64,000 bases of DNA from Bdellovibrionota bacterium (lineage in GTDB: Bacteria; Bdellovibrionota_C; UBA2361; JAAYZI01), in the NCBI GenBank assembly GCA_050950765.1, contig JBMNIF010000002.1, forward strand, positions 800,001 through 864,000. The letters run 5' to 3'. Every line of letters begins with the position of its first letter. Position 1 is the stretch's first letter. Positions 32,695 to 43,087 of this stretch are shown in pieces. The position numbers and the translations under genes were made by a program. The notes under the pieces were generated by a model. That model saw nothing but the letters and a program-made list of their open reading frames with translations, was not told the DNA's origin and made no database searches.

Positions 32695-35280
32695 ATGAAT
32701 AAAGAATACTTAAGAGATTTTGAATTAGGTTTTGCTGATAGAGGGAGAGCTTTTAGCGCCTCTTTAAATGTTATGCAGTTAAGAGTTATGCAGATACTTT
32801 TTATCTCGATGTTTCTCTCTTTTATTACCCTGTTTTTTACAAACGTTGCTTTTTCTCAAACAGTTACAGCAGGGTCGTTACAATCAGTAAGTGCCAGTCT
32901 AAACAATACCTGCGGCGTAACAACAGATAGTAATAAAAATGTATATTGCTGGGGAAGTAACGAATATGGACAGTTAGGAAACGGAAGTGCGGAAGATAGT
33001 TCAGTGCCGGTAATGGTAAAGGGGGGAGAGCAGGGCGGAGCTTTTTTAAATGGGGTAAGTCAAGTTGCAGCGGGGTATTATCATACTTGTGCTGTTACAA
33101 CAGGTGGGGAGCTTTACTGTTGGGGAAGTAATTATTTCGGACAATTGGGAATTAATTCTACCTTAGATCAAACTATCCCTGTTAGAACTTTAAAAGGTGA
33201 ACAAGGTGGTGTAGGCACATATTTAGAAGATGTAAGTCAAGTTTCCACTGGGAAATATTATACTTGTGCTGTAACAACAGGTGGAGAGCTTTACTGTTGG
33301 GGATATAATACTTTTATGCAATTAGGAATTAACGTTTTTGAGTTTGAAAAAACCACTCCTGCTAGGGTTATTAAAGGAGAACAAGTAAGTTCTGGCACAT
33401 ATTTAGAAGATATAAGCCAAGTTTCTGCTGGAGAATATCATACCTGCGCCGTCACAACTCAAGGAGAGCTCTACTGTTGGGGTTTAAATTTCACTGGACA
33501 ATTGGGAATTAATTCTAGAAGAACTATTCTAGGCACTCCTGCTAGAGTTTTAAAGGGAGAGCAAGAAAGTTCCAGCTTATATTTAGAAGATATAAGTCAA
33601 GTTTCTGGTGGAAGTGAATATACCTGTGCTGTAACAACGGGTGGAGAGGTTTATTGTTGGGGATTGAATAATGGACAATTAGGGATTAATTCTACGGACA
33701 ATCAAAGTATTCCTGTTAGAGTTTTAAAAGGGGAACAAGGAAGCTCTGGTTTATATTTAGAAAATATAAACCAAATTTTTGCTGGAGAGGAGCATGTCTG
33801 TGCTGTAGCAACGGGTGGGGAGCTTTACTGTTGGGGAATAAGTGCCTCTGGACAATTAGGAAATAATTCAGATCACGAAATTACTACAATGACTCCTGTT
33901 AGGGTTTTAAAAGGAGCACAAGGAGGCGAGGGTTTATATTTAGAAGATATAAGTCAAGTTGCTGCTGGAGAAAAGCATACGTGTGCTGTTACAACAGGTG
34001 GAGAGCTTTACTGTTGGGGGTATGGAGGTAAAGGGGAATTAGGTTACGGAAATACGAAATATACCTTACTACCCGCTAAAATTTTCGATGGCTCCGGATC
34101 TGCGCCGTGTCAAAATGCCTGTTGTACGCACTGGGGTTATGAAAATATAGGAGAGGTTTGCTCCGCTGAAAAGATCTTTGGTTGTTACGGAGTAGCAGGA
34201 AGTTATAGCGTAGTTTGTGGAGAAGATGCCCCTAGCTGTTACGGAGATGCTAGGTATACTCAGATAGGGCAATTTTGTACAACAGGTAACGGATTTTGTA
34301 TTGCAAGGGGAATATACCAATGTTCAGGTGCGTTTACGACAGATCCTGTGACGTGTAATATCACACTACCTGCTGCTGCTTGCTGCGCCGATCCGAATTA
34401 TACGTTACTAGGTACAGAGTGTTATAGCGGGAAGGGTGTTTGTAGAAGTGCAGGAGAGTATGTTTGTAACGGTGTAGCCTCTACAAGCTCTGTTAGATGT
34501 AATGCAGTTCCGAACTTAGCTAATGCAGTTCTCGAAAATACAGAAGCTCTCTGTACAGATGGGCTTGATAATGATTGCGACGGTTTACCAGATGAACTTG
34601 ATCCTGATTGTGACCTCTGCCCTCTTGATGATAACAAATTATTCCCTGGAGTTTGTGGTTGCGGTGTTCCTGAAACAGATAGCGATGGAGATGGTACGCC
34701 TGATTGTATTGATCTCTGCCCAGCAGACCCTAATAAGATAGAAGCAGGGGTTTGTGGCTGCGGCATAGCTGATATTGATAAAAATCGTAATGGCATCATA
34801 GATTGTCTTGATCCGAAGTTACCAGCGGCAAAGATAAATAGTATCGTTACTAAAGAGACAGAGCCTATTAAGCCGCGAGTAGATGTGGTGAGGAGAAAGG
34901 TTATCGTTTATATGCAACGTTTTAACCGCGCAGAGTTACAAAACTTAAATATTGCAAATAAGTATGCTCGTAAGAAGGGTAGAAGAAATAAAAAGAGAGG
35001 TGATAAGATTACCTTTAAGTATGAAGTCTCTATGAGGTTAATCTCCGCCAATAAGATAACCAGTAAGAAAAATACAAATCGTACTAGGAAAAAGGTGCGC
35101 TCCCCTATCTCGAAACATAATAAGGTAGTCCTTAAGAAACAACGGAGAGGAGTCTACGAAGTTAAATACAGAATTAAGATTTATAAAAATGGTAAGTTTT
35201 TAAAGAACACAGAGTGGAGTGGTACTAGAAGAGTTGCGGTTCCGAAAAGAATAGTCTTCCCAAGGAGACCTAACTTGTAA
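32695..35280 (+). CDS. Secreted RCC1-repeat propeller protein C
   Basis: Same architecture as A; 3' end appears identical to A; one extra DSDGDGTPDCIDLCP repeat. Confidence 0.9.
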   Translation: MNKEYLRDFELGFADRGRAFSASLNVMQLRVMQILFISMFLSFITLFFTNVAFSQTVTAGSLQSVSASLNNTCGVTTDSNKNVYCWGSNEYGQLGNGSAEDSSVPVMVKGGEQGGAFLNGVSQVAAGYYHTCAVTTGGELYCWGSNYFGQLGINSTLDQTIPVRTLKGEQGGVGTYLEDVSQVSTGKYYTCAVTTGGELYCWGYNTFMQLGINVFEFEKTTPARVIKGEQVSSGTYLEDISQVSAGEYHTCAVTTQGELYCWGLNFTGQLGINSRRTILGTPARVLKGEQESSSLYLEDISQVSGGSEYTCAVTTGGEVYCWGLNNGQLGINSTDNQSIPVRVLKGEQGSSGLYLENINQIFAGEEHVCAVATGGELYCWGISASGQLGNNSDHEITTMTPVRVLKGAQGGEGLYLEDISQVAAGEKHTCAVTTGGELYCWGYGGKGELGYGNTKYTLLPAKIFDGSGSAPCQNACCTHWGYENIGEVCSAEKIFGCYGVAGSYSVVCGEDAPSCYGDARYTQIGQFCTTGNGFCIARGIYQCSGAFTTDPVTCNITLPAAACCADPNYTLLGTECYSGKGVCRSAGEYVCNGVASTSSVRCNAVPNLANAVLENTEALCTDGLDNDCDGLPDELDPDCDLCPLDDNKLFPGVCGCGVPETDSDGDGTPDCIDLCPADPNKIEAGVCGCGIADIDKNRNGIIDCLDPKLPAAKINSIVTKETEPIKPRVDVVRRKVIVYMQRFNRAELQNLNIANKYARKKGRRNKKRGDKITFKYEVSMRLISANKITSKKNTNRTRKKVRSPISKHNKVVLKKQRRGVYEVKYRIKIYKNGKFLKNTEWSGTRRVAVPKRIVFPRRPNL

Positions 35281-35430
35281 GAAGTTTTTTAAAAGCGGAA
35301 GCTTTTAAAAAACTGTCTATCTTAGAGTAAGTTGGGGTTTGGCGTTTAGAGATAAACGCTCCTAACTTCCGAACTAAGATACCTTTTAGCTAAAATTGGA
35401 ATTTCTAGGAAGTTAGGAGGGAGCGTAGCC

Positions 35431-36438
35431 TTATCTGATTAACTCTTCTATCTGAGGAGCGATTAAGTCTTTTAAAGCTTCAAGTGGATCTCCTGCTGTG
35501 CCGTGAAAATGAAGGCGGTGTAGTAGAACAAATGGTGCCATAAGCTTCAGATCGTCTACTGAAACATAATCCCGTCCATTTACAAGCGCCCAACCTTGAA
35601 TGGCAGATTGTAACATCAGAGCTGCTCGTGTTGAGGCACCAAACTGTAAGAGGGGAGTGTCTCTAGTAGCCTGCACGATATTTACAATAGCTTGACGCAA
35701 CTTGGGGCTAATAAAGATGTTAGCGGCAACAGACCTAGCACGAAGGACATCACTACGCGAACAAACAGGTGTCGGATGCGTTGCTGCTTCTTTAATCGCT
35801 TGATGGTCTCTTAAGATCTCTATCTCCGTTTCCGTATCAACGTATGACATCGGGATCCTTAGGAGAAAACGATCCAACTGCACCAACGGTAACGGATACG
35901 TTCCCGCTATATCGAGTGGGTTTTGTGTGCCGACAACAAAGAATAGGTCATCAAGTGGATAGGTGTTGTTATCGATCGTTACCTGCTTTTCAGCCATACA
36001 CTCAAGAAAAGCAGCTTGAACCTTTGGACCCGTACGGTTAATTTCATCAGCTAAGACGATATTTGCAAAAACAGGCCCAGATCTAAAGGTAAAGGTGGCT
36101 GTGTGCGGCTCAAAAACTGTTACACCTAAAACATCACCTGGTAACATATCGGGGGTGAATTGAATCCTACTATATGGATGGATCTCAGGACGTTCAGGAT
36201 TATCCTTTGAGATAAGTCCGCCTAACGTTTTTGTTAAGGTTGTTTTACCTGACCCTGGATAGTCTTCAATCAAGACGTGACCATCAACCACTAAAGCAGC
36301 TAGTAGTAACTTAATAGTGTCATCTCTACCACGAATTGCACGTTGTAATCCGTTGATAAGTCGTTGAATGGTCTCCACACCCTCTTTAAACTGCGCATCC
36401 TGTTCAGGTGTTGTTTTATTTTCCTGATAATCGTTCAT
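35431..36438 (-). CDS. MoxR-family AAA+ ATPase
   Basis: EDYPGSGKT, RIQFTPDMLPGD, LADEINR, TQNP, QLDRF. Confidence 0.93.
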   Translation of the reverse strand: MNDYQENKTTPEQDAQFKEGVETIQRLINGLQRAIRGRDDTIKLLLAALVVDGHVLIEDYPGSGKTTLTKTLGGLISKDNPERPEIHPYSRIQFTPDMLPGDVLGVTVFEPHTATFTFRSGPVFANIVLADEINRTGPKVQAAFLECMAEKQVTIDNNTYPLDDLFFVVGTQNPLDIAGTYPLPLVQLDRFLLRIPMSYVDTETEIEILRDHQAIKEAATHPTPVCSRSDVLRARSVAANIFISPKLRQAIVNIVQATRDTPLLQFGASTRAALMLQSAIQGWALVNGRDYVSVDDLKLMAPFVLLHRLHFHGTAGDPLEALKDLIAPQIEELIR

Positions 36439-38393
36439 AGTTCCCTTTTAAAAACACTTAGAGTTAAATCGTTAATGGCTGTTCTTAAATCACTGTTAAG
36501 AACAGTGCGCGTCGGAATCGAAAGATTCTGACATGAAAAAACCAAGCTGTGTTGCTGATCTGCCATTTGTATGTGGTTAAGCAGACAACGTGCCTCTGTT
36601 GACCTTAAAAAGATAGAAGCATTTAGGTTTTTAAGAAGTTCTTCGGAGTTAGTATTAACTTGAACCGGAAATCTTAATCCATAATTTATAAGCTCACTCC
36701 TTGAAATAGAAAATAACTTATAAGCAAGTTTCTGATAGTCTTTACTGTCAACTTGTAGCAGCGATAATTTCAATACTAATATCTTTACTTTCAAGGCGTT
36801 GTCAAAAGGTTCTCTTATGGAAGATAAAACTTCGTTAAGGATCGTGTGCGCCTCCTGTTCTGCGCCGTGCTGAATTAAGTTTTCAGCTAAAAATGTTTTA
36901 TAATAAACCTCTGCCGTAGGTCGCTTATCAAGTTCTTTTACACGTTTTAATCTGTTTTTTAAGAGGCGTGTCGGAATATCTGCTAAAACACTTCCGAGCA
37001 GGGGATATTCAAGCATGCTGTCCGTATTTCTGATATAGATATCTTCAAAGTCATTTAGGTCTTCCATTAGGATCTGTCTGGCGCGACGCATCAACCACCA
37101 AGATCTGATGCGATTTGAAGCTCTCTGATAAGATATTTGAAGTCGCTCTTTTGCTCCGGAAGGAAGATAAAACTTAAGATGATTATTTTTTGCTAATAGC
37201 GCTTGCGCCAATGAGGAGAGGGCAGCAGCCTGCATATCACTTTGATTGGTGCCGATCTTTCCAAAAAATTGCCTTTCCTTAGCGGCTATCTCTAAAGTTT
37301 TTAAAGCTTCATCAATGTCTCCCGTGTGTAGAGCGATACGTCCTAGTGCCATATTCATTAATGATTTATGCTCCTCTTCATTTTTTAACGGAAATTGGGC
37401 ACGACACCTTTCAAACTCAAGTAGATTTTGACGAGCTCCTCTAAAGTTTAACTCTTCGATGTTAAGTGTTGCTAAATTAATGCTAAGTAAGATGTGATCA
37501 CAAAATTTAGGAGAGAGCACGGCACGCTCCCAGTTCCTGCGAGCGTTCCTCTCATCAAAAATTTCACGGTAAACTTCTCCAGCGTTGTTAAGGGGGGAAA
37601 TGACATCACCGTTAGAACCTAGTGCTGCCTCGTAATCATAAGCTTCTTTAAAAGCTTGCAAGCTCGCCTGCTTTTCATCAACGGTTGAGAGCAGAATACC
37701 TAAAATATTTAAAATAGCACCACGTTGCGATCTCCCTAAAAAAAGCCCAAGCCTTGCTACTTTTAATGCCTCTTCATTCCTACCCAGTTTGAATAAGATC
37801 CAAGCACGAGATGATGCTACCCATTCATCAGTGTAGTTATATTTTGTAAACTCATCCAGCGCAGCTAACGCTCCTTCATAATCATCAAGATTAAGTCTAA
37901 TGGCGGAGATAAGATTTAAGATATTCTTATGAAACTCTTTTGTTAAAAGGTTATAATAAGGTGGCTTGCCTTTGATCTTATACAAGATCTGTTCAGCACG
38001 CTTAGCATAACGTAGAGCTAACTTAAAGTGTCCGACATGACGCAGATAATATTCTGATAATAAAAGGTGCGCCCCTAACAAATTCGGATCTTTCTGCAAA
38101 GCTTTGAGAAACTTCGTTCGGGCTTCAAGGAGTTTATCACTCATCTGTAAACTTATCCCCTCCTGTAAAAGGGTCTCGGCAGATTTATTAGCATCAGGGT
38201 CTTTTTTACCTTGAAAGGTGTTAGTAGGTTTTGCGGAAAACGGATTTAAAGGTTCTTGCACCTCCGAGTCATCAAAAAAGAAGGGAGAAGGAGGATCGTT
38301 TTCAAAGTCAGCTTGCACGTGCAGAGGTAGTAGCAGCATACTCAAAAGTAAGGTTGTAAATATGAAAGGTCGTTTTAAAAAGATGTGTTGCAT
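36435..38393 (-). CDS. Exported TPR-repeat protein
   Basis: Signal peptide; TPR-like helices (ALQKDPN, LNILG, LNNAG.VY). Confidence 0.75.
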   Translation of the reverse strand: MQHIFLKRPFIFTTLLLSMLLLPLHVQADFENDPPSPFFFDDSEVQEPLNPFSAKPTNTFQGKKDPDANKSAETLLQEGISLQMSDKLLEARTKFLKALQKDPNLLGAHLLLSEYYLRHVGHFKLALRYAKRAEQILYKIKGKPPYYNLLTKEFHKNILNLISAIRLNLDDYEGALAALDEFTKYNYTDEWVASSRAWILFKLGRNEEALKVARLGLFLGRSQRGAILNILGILLSTVDEKQASLQAFKEAYDYEAALGSNGDVISPLNNAGEVYREIFDERNARRNWERAVLSPKFCDHILLSINLATLNIEELNFRGARQNLLEFERCRAQFPLKNEEEHKSLMNMALGRIALHTGDIDEALKTLEIAAKERQFFGKIGTNQSDMQAAALSSLAQALLAKNNHLKFYLPSGAKERLQISYQRASNRIRSWWLMRRARQILMEDLNDFEDIYIRNTDSMLEYPLLGSVLADIPTRLLKNRLKRVKELDKRPTAEVYYKTFLAENLIQHGAEQEAHTILNEVLSSIREPFDNALKVKILVLKLSLLQVDSKDYQKLAYKLFSISRSELINYGLRFPVQVNTNSEELLKNLNASIFLRSTEARCLLNHIQMADQQHSLVFSCQNLSIPTRTVLNSDLRTAINDLTLSVFKREL

Positions 38394-40591
38394 TAGGCGC
38401 GTCTCCTCTCAAAGATCGTTAAGATAGAGGAGATATTTAAATACGATAAGAGACGTTTCTTTAATGGGATTACGTGTAACGCTCCGTTATCTGCTTCAAT
38501 CCCTTGCAGTAACGCCCCCTCCTTTAACCAAGTTGCATCCCTATCAAACTCAAGACGTGATAGTAGAGAAGCAGTGCTTAATTGCGAAGAATTAAGTAGC
38601 GAGCTGACACGCTCTCTAAACTCTTCATACGTCTCTCCGTATTGTCTACCAAACCCCAAATCGTGTAACTGCACCGTAACGGCACGATAACCTCTGCGGA
38701 GTCGTTTCGGTAGTGAAGAAGGGAGGTGCCAAGCTAAAATAAGATACGCTTTGTAAAGATAAAGTAGTAAAAGCAGCGTGGCTAGTAGTAGTATCGTATT
38801 CTTTAATGAAGGTAAGGGGTAGGTGGAGCTTTCTGAAAACCCTTTTTCACCTGTTGTTAGATCCTCAGGTAGGATCTCTTCGTCAGGGCCGATCAGCCCC
38901 ATCAACTCTTCAAGGAGATCTACATCAACGGGGGTTTCTGCGTGACTTTCTACGTGTTGCGGAGCAAGGTCAAAGGGGATCCACCCTATTTTATTAACGT
39001 AGACCTCTGCCCAAGCGTGTCTATCATTCATGCGTAAGAGGATGTGCCCATCTTTAGCTTGACTTAAATCGGTGGCATAGCCTGTGGCGATACGGGTAGG
39101 AAACCCTAATGATCTTAATAGATATGTGATGGCATGCGCAAAGTGCACACAATAACCACGCATATCTCCAAAAAGAAAGGTCGAAACGGGATCTTCGCCG
39201 TCTTTGATCTCTTGCCCTGGGGTGAGGGTGTAAATTACGTTTTGATTGAGATAGGCGATCAGTAGATTTAATTTAGCAAGTGGAGTATCGCCGTTAGCTG
39301 TGATCTTTTCAGCAAGCTCTTTATAGCGTGGGTCGGGGTTGGTACGTAAATAATACTCACGCACTTCAGGAGTCCAATCTGGATTGTCAAATATAGCAAA
39401 GCTGAGATCCTTTGGAAGAAACGCTGGTGCCATAGAGTAAGCTTTATAGGCTGCTTTGAATTTATTGGTATTATCAGGAACTTTTAAAGGCGTGATATTA
39501 AGTGGATAATCTATGGCAAAAGCATTCTGTTGTTCCGCTAAAAGATAAACTGATTGAACCACAGGAGTTCGGTATTCTAATTCAGTTTTGGCTTTCCGAT
39601 TGTACGGTTGTTGAGGAGTAGTAAAGTTTACATCATCATCAATCTTATGGTCTCCGATGATCAAACTTTTGCCGTCAAAATCAGAGATGGCGGAGTCTCT
39701 AAAATATAACATCGGGGTGTTTGGATTCTCTTTATAGTCGTTATCTAACCTCACCAAAGCCACAGGTTGATTTGAACTGCCGAGTCCTGAATGAAAATCA
39801 AGTGGAGAGATCCCTTCACGAGTATCTTCACCGACACCATTCTTGATCTTACTGGCAGAAGCTTGCTCATGATAGGTGTAAGTTTGGTAGCAGATTAGAT
39901 AGAGCACAACGGCTGCTAAAGTTAAAATGATAGAACCTGAAAGACGATCTTTAGCACCGTTATGTACAAACGTTGAGGTTCGTGCTGCGGAAGAGGTGCT
40001 AAACGGTGTTGCTGCGATAATAGAGTATAGAACAATGGATATCGTAATTGCTGCAATGATTATAATAAGCATGGTCAGTTGCGAAACGCCGAAGTACCAA
40101 GCAACTGAGTTTACAAACTCCAAACGATCAAAGTGATAGTGTCGATGCCCCGCAAGCATCCCTATAAAAAGTATTATTAGTGCAAAAAGCTCAACTGTTA
40201 GAGCGTGTTTATACCTCCAAAAAAAGTAGGTAGAGAGTGTGGCGATCCAAAAAGAGAGCGCTATCAGGTTTAGATGTTGCGTAAAGGAGTAGATCCCAAA
40301 GGTCATTGAGGAGGGTATCAACCTAATGAGTGCTATTATCAAAGAGAAAAGAGGGATGGCGATAATAGAAATCGTTAAAAATCCACGTAGCGCTAAACGT
40401 GTTGAGCTTAAAAACGTTCCCGCCAAGAGCCCTAAAATTGCAGCTAAACTGATTAAGCTTGGAGCGGTACCGAGCTCTATAAATCTATCAAGTGCATAAA
40501 CAAAGAAGGAAAAGAATGCAGCACGTGCTAGTAGAATAAAGATATAAGTAGATCTGCGCCGCTTTAAGTCTGTGTTATTTAGGGGTGTCAC
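38393..40591 (-). CDS. Membrane-bound transglutaminase-like protein
   Basis: Multiple N-terminal TMs; Cys-His-Asp triad GYCVHFA, HAWAEVY, GWIPFD. Confidence 0.88.
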   Translation of the reverse strand: MTPLNNTDLKRRRSTYIFILLARAAFFSFFVYALDRFIELGTAPSLISLAAILGLLAGTFLSSTRLALRGFLTISIIAIPLFSLIIALIRLIPSSMTFGIYSFTQHLNLIALSFWIATLSTYFFWRYKHALTVELFALIILFIGMLAGHRHYHFDRLEFVNSVAWYFGVSQLTMLIIIIAAITISIVLYSIIAATPFSTSSAARTSTFVHNGAKDRLSGSIILTLAAVVLYLICYQTYTYHEQASASKIKNGVGEDTREGISPLDFHSGLGSSNQPVALVRLDNDYKENPNTPMLYFRDSAISDFDGKSLIIGDHKIDDDVNFTTPQQPYNRKAKTELEYRTPVVQSVYLLAEQQNAFAIDYPLNITPLKVPDNTNKFKAAYKAYSMAPAFLPKDLSFAIFDNPDWTPEVREYYLRTNPDPRYKELAEKITANGDTPLAKLNLLIAYLNQNVIYTLTPGQEIKDGEDPVSTFLFGDMRGYCVHFAHAITYLLRSLGFPTRIATGYATDLSQAKDGHILLRMNDRHAWAEVYVNKIGWIPFDLAPQHVESHAETPVDVDLLEELMGLIGPDEEILPEDLTTGEKGFSESSTYPLPSLKNTILLLATLLLLLYLYKAYLILAWHLPSSLPKRLRRGYRAVTVQLHDLGFGRQYGETYEEFRERVSSLLNSSQLSTASLLSRLEFDRDATWLKEGALLQGIEADNGALHVIPLKKRLLSYLNISSILTIFERRRA

Positions 40592-41994
40592 GCAGCATCC
40601 TCCGAAAAAAGTCGCCAGTTATTAGTTGTGGCTAGTTGTAAAAAAGCGATCTTATCCTCCTCTGAAAAAGGTGGTTTCTCTTCAGGGAAAAACCACTCTG
40701 AAAGATGAGCTCTTGAGGCGTTTAGAAAAGAATTGTTGTGTCGAGGTTTGCTTAAAATTATAGGGTGCTCTCCAATCATAAAAAAGATCGGTTCAATCTG
40801 TCTTGCACTAAGGATATCAGCTGTATCAGTCAACGTTTTAATAAAACTGCGATCTGATAGCCGTGCGCTATCAAAAAATAGTAGGATAGATTGAAGGTGA
40901 GCGTTGTGCTGAGCTCCTTTTATATCATCAACAAAGGTTAATACCTCTGAGAGTGGAGAAGCGTTTTTAACGTTCCAAACTTCAGTAACCATACGATCTT
41001 CAGCGATAGTTAAAGAATTTGTTGCTTGCGCCGTAGAGCCCTCGCAATTAAAAACTATTTCAAGGTCGGCACTACTTAGCCGTTGCAGATACGCTGCTGC
41101 CGCCGCCGCTGTACGGTCATCTTCAGCACGAGCAAAACAGAAGACAGCCACCTGCCCCTCCGGTGAAGATGCAGCTTCTTGATGGCGTGACATTAAAGTG
41201 CCGGAACGGGCAAAGATCTTCCAGACGATTTTTTTTATGCCGTCTGATGGATGATACCGTTTTATATCAAGTGGCTCTCCACGTCGTTCTTTGGAAGCGG
41301 TGATGACATCGCCTGCTTTATAAAATGAGCTGAGGATGGGAAGTTTGGCAACAGAGACAGGAGTAGGGAAAACTTTGAAGGATTGAGTCACTTCTGGTGT
41401 TTTTATATCCCACGAAAAAGCGCTAAGTCCAAGTCTGCCCTGAAGAGAACACGTTATCTTTGAGATACGCCACACACCGCGGTGCGGAAAGGTGATAGGA
41501 TAGGTTAGGAGTTTTTTCTCATAAAAGGTGCCTTTTAAGGTGTATTGCAGTGGTTGTGGATCTGCGTCTGCAAAGTGAATGGAGAGGGAGAGGTTAAAGA
41601 GTGGAAGGATCTTACAATGAGGTAGCTTTAATAAAAGAGTTGTCTCTTTACGAGCGTAGGTGCGGTCATTAGGTGTTGCCAGTGGTGGTTGTACAGCGAG
41701 ACTTTGCAACTTTTGCTTTAGGGAAAGTCCGTGTAGGAGGGTTGCAAAAACAGCATAGAGTAAGATTACGAAAAGGGCAGACGCTATGATGGTTGCTGTA
41801 ATATCAGCATCTTTTTTAATGGGAAAGATTAAAAGGAGTAGTAGAAAAAAGAGTAGTAGAACTCCGCGCAGAGTGATCCTGAACTCCATCTTTTTTGCCG
41901 TGTTTTGTATAAATTTAAAAACGTTGAACATATTTAGAACGATACTCAAAAATTGCGGATAGTAAAAGAGAGAAGAGAGATAATAAGGGCGCAA
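40588..41994 (-). CDS. DUF58-family protein (true start probably further in, ~41890-41930)
   Basis: GEPLDIKRYHPSD..K.IVWK..AR motif; N-terminal TMs; heads the MoxR operon. Confidence 0.8.
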   Translation of the reverse strand: MRPYYLSSLFYYPQFLSIVLNMFNVFKFIQNTAKKMEFRITLRGVLLLFFLLLLLIFPIKKDADITATIIASALFVILLYAVFATLLHGLSLKQKLQSLAVQPPLATPNDRTYARKETTLLLKLPHCKILPLFNLSLSIHFADADPQPLQYTLKGTFYEKKLLTYPITFPHRGVWRISKITCSLQGRLGLSAFSWDIKTPEVTQSFKVFPTPVSVAKLPILSSFYKAGDVITASKERRGEPLDIKRYHPSDGIKKIVWKIFARSGTLMSRHQEAASSPEGQVAVFCFARAEDDRTAAAAAAYLQRLSSADLEIVFNCEGSTAQATNSLTIAEDRMVTEVWNVKNASPLSEVLTFVDDIKGAQHNAHLQSILLFFDSARLSDRSFIKTLTDTADILSARQIEPIFFMIGEHPIILSKPRHNNSFLNASRAHLSEWFFPEEKPPFSEEDKIAFLQLATTNNWRLFSEDAA

Positions 41995-42003
41995 CTCCTC
42001 CCG

Positions 42004-42163
42004 TTTTTATGTATAAAACAGGGAAACTCGTATTATAGAGCGTGGAAGGAAAAAAGTCTGCACGGAGTCGGAACGTTATTTTTTTATGTATAAAACAGGA
42101 GAGCTCGTATTATAGAGCGTGGAAGGAAAAAAGAGTCTTTACGGAGTTGGAGCGTTATTTTTT
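42004..42163. repeat. Two ~78-bp tandem copies reaching the response regulator stop codon
   Basis: TTTTTATGTATAAAACAGG...CTCGTATTATAGAGCGTGGAAGGAAAAAA...ACGGAGT.GGA.CGTTATTTTTT occurs twice. Confidence 0.85.
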
Positions 42164-42808
42164 CGTACCAGATCTGATTAATTCGGTTGTTGATTTAAAG
42201 CCCAGTTTTTTTAAGACCCGTGCTAAGTGCGCCTCAACTGTTCTTGAGCTGATAAACAGTTTTTTAGCTATGGCTCTATTAGGTAGCCCAGCTGCAAGGA
42301 GGAGGTAAACTTCACGTTCGCGCTTACTAAGTTTATCTAGAGGTAGATCGTTGGAGGTGTGAGGGGTACTATTTTTTTTATCCAACTCGTCAATAATATG
42401 TTGAAATTGTGGAGGAACGACCTTTTCCCCATCCATGACTCGATCGAGGGTGGCTATTAATTCTTCGGGAGTGAAGTCCTTAAGAACGTATCCCATAGCT
42501 CCAGCAGTGAGAGCTTGCTTTACCATTAACTCATCTTCATGTGTTGTTAGGACTACAATGGTTAGAGGAACCCCCCTCTCTTTTAATTCGTAAATAACTT
42601 CGATACCGGTTTTAGCGGGGAGTTCTATATCAAGTAAAAGGATGTCAGGACGTAATGTTTCTACCAGTTGCGTCGTGGCGTTGGCATCTTCTGTTTCCCC
42701 GATAACTTCGTAACGATCGCTTTCGTCCAGAATAGTTTTAATGTCGTGACGCACAAGAGTGTGGTCGTCAGCGATTATTATAGAAAAGCTTGGAGCATGA
42801 TGAATCAT
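42155..42808 (-). CDS. NarL/LuxR-family response regulator (no adjacent kinase)
   Basis: ADDH, LLDI, GYVLK, LSKREREV...IA..LFIS.RTVE.H. Confidence 0.93.
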   Translation of the reverse strand: MIHHAPSFSIIIADDHTLVRHDIKTILDESDRYEVIGETEDANATTQLVETLRPDILLLDIELPAKTGIEVIYELKERGVPLTIVVLTTHEDELMVKQALTAGAMGYVLKDFTPEELIATLDRVMDGEKVVPPQFQHIIDELDKKNSTPHTSNDLPLDKLSKREREVYLLLAAGLPNRAIAKKLFISSRTVEAHLARVLKKLGFKSTTELIRSGTKK

Positions 42809-43087
42809 TTTTAGTACTTTTTAAAAGCTAACAATATTTTATTACATCAACCGCACAGCAGTGTATCTCTCTGTAATAATATTGTCAGTAAAAATATGTA
42901 TCCGGCGGATGATTGTAAAAATAATGTGTAAAAAGTTTAAACTCCCTTGATGTTAAACTATTGAGGATGCGAATGAGAAGGTATTTTATTGGCGCTAGTA
43001 TTTAATGTCTTGGAAATATTAAATAAAATAAAAAATGTGATGTTGCTGTAAAAAGTAGTGTCAGTATAATTCAGAATTGGAGTTTAG

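Noticed and set aside
27222..35280. Diversity-generating retroelement acting on the RCC1 genes
   Set aside because: No reverse transcriptase or non-coding template repeat in the window; differences include indels and do not look adenine-specific.
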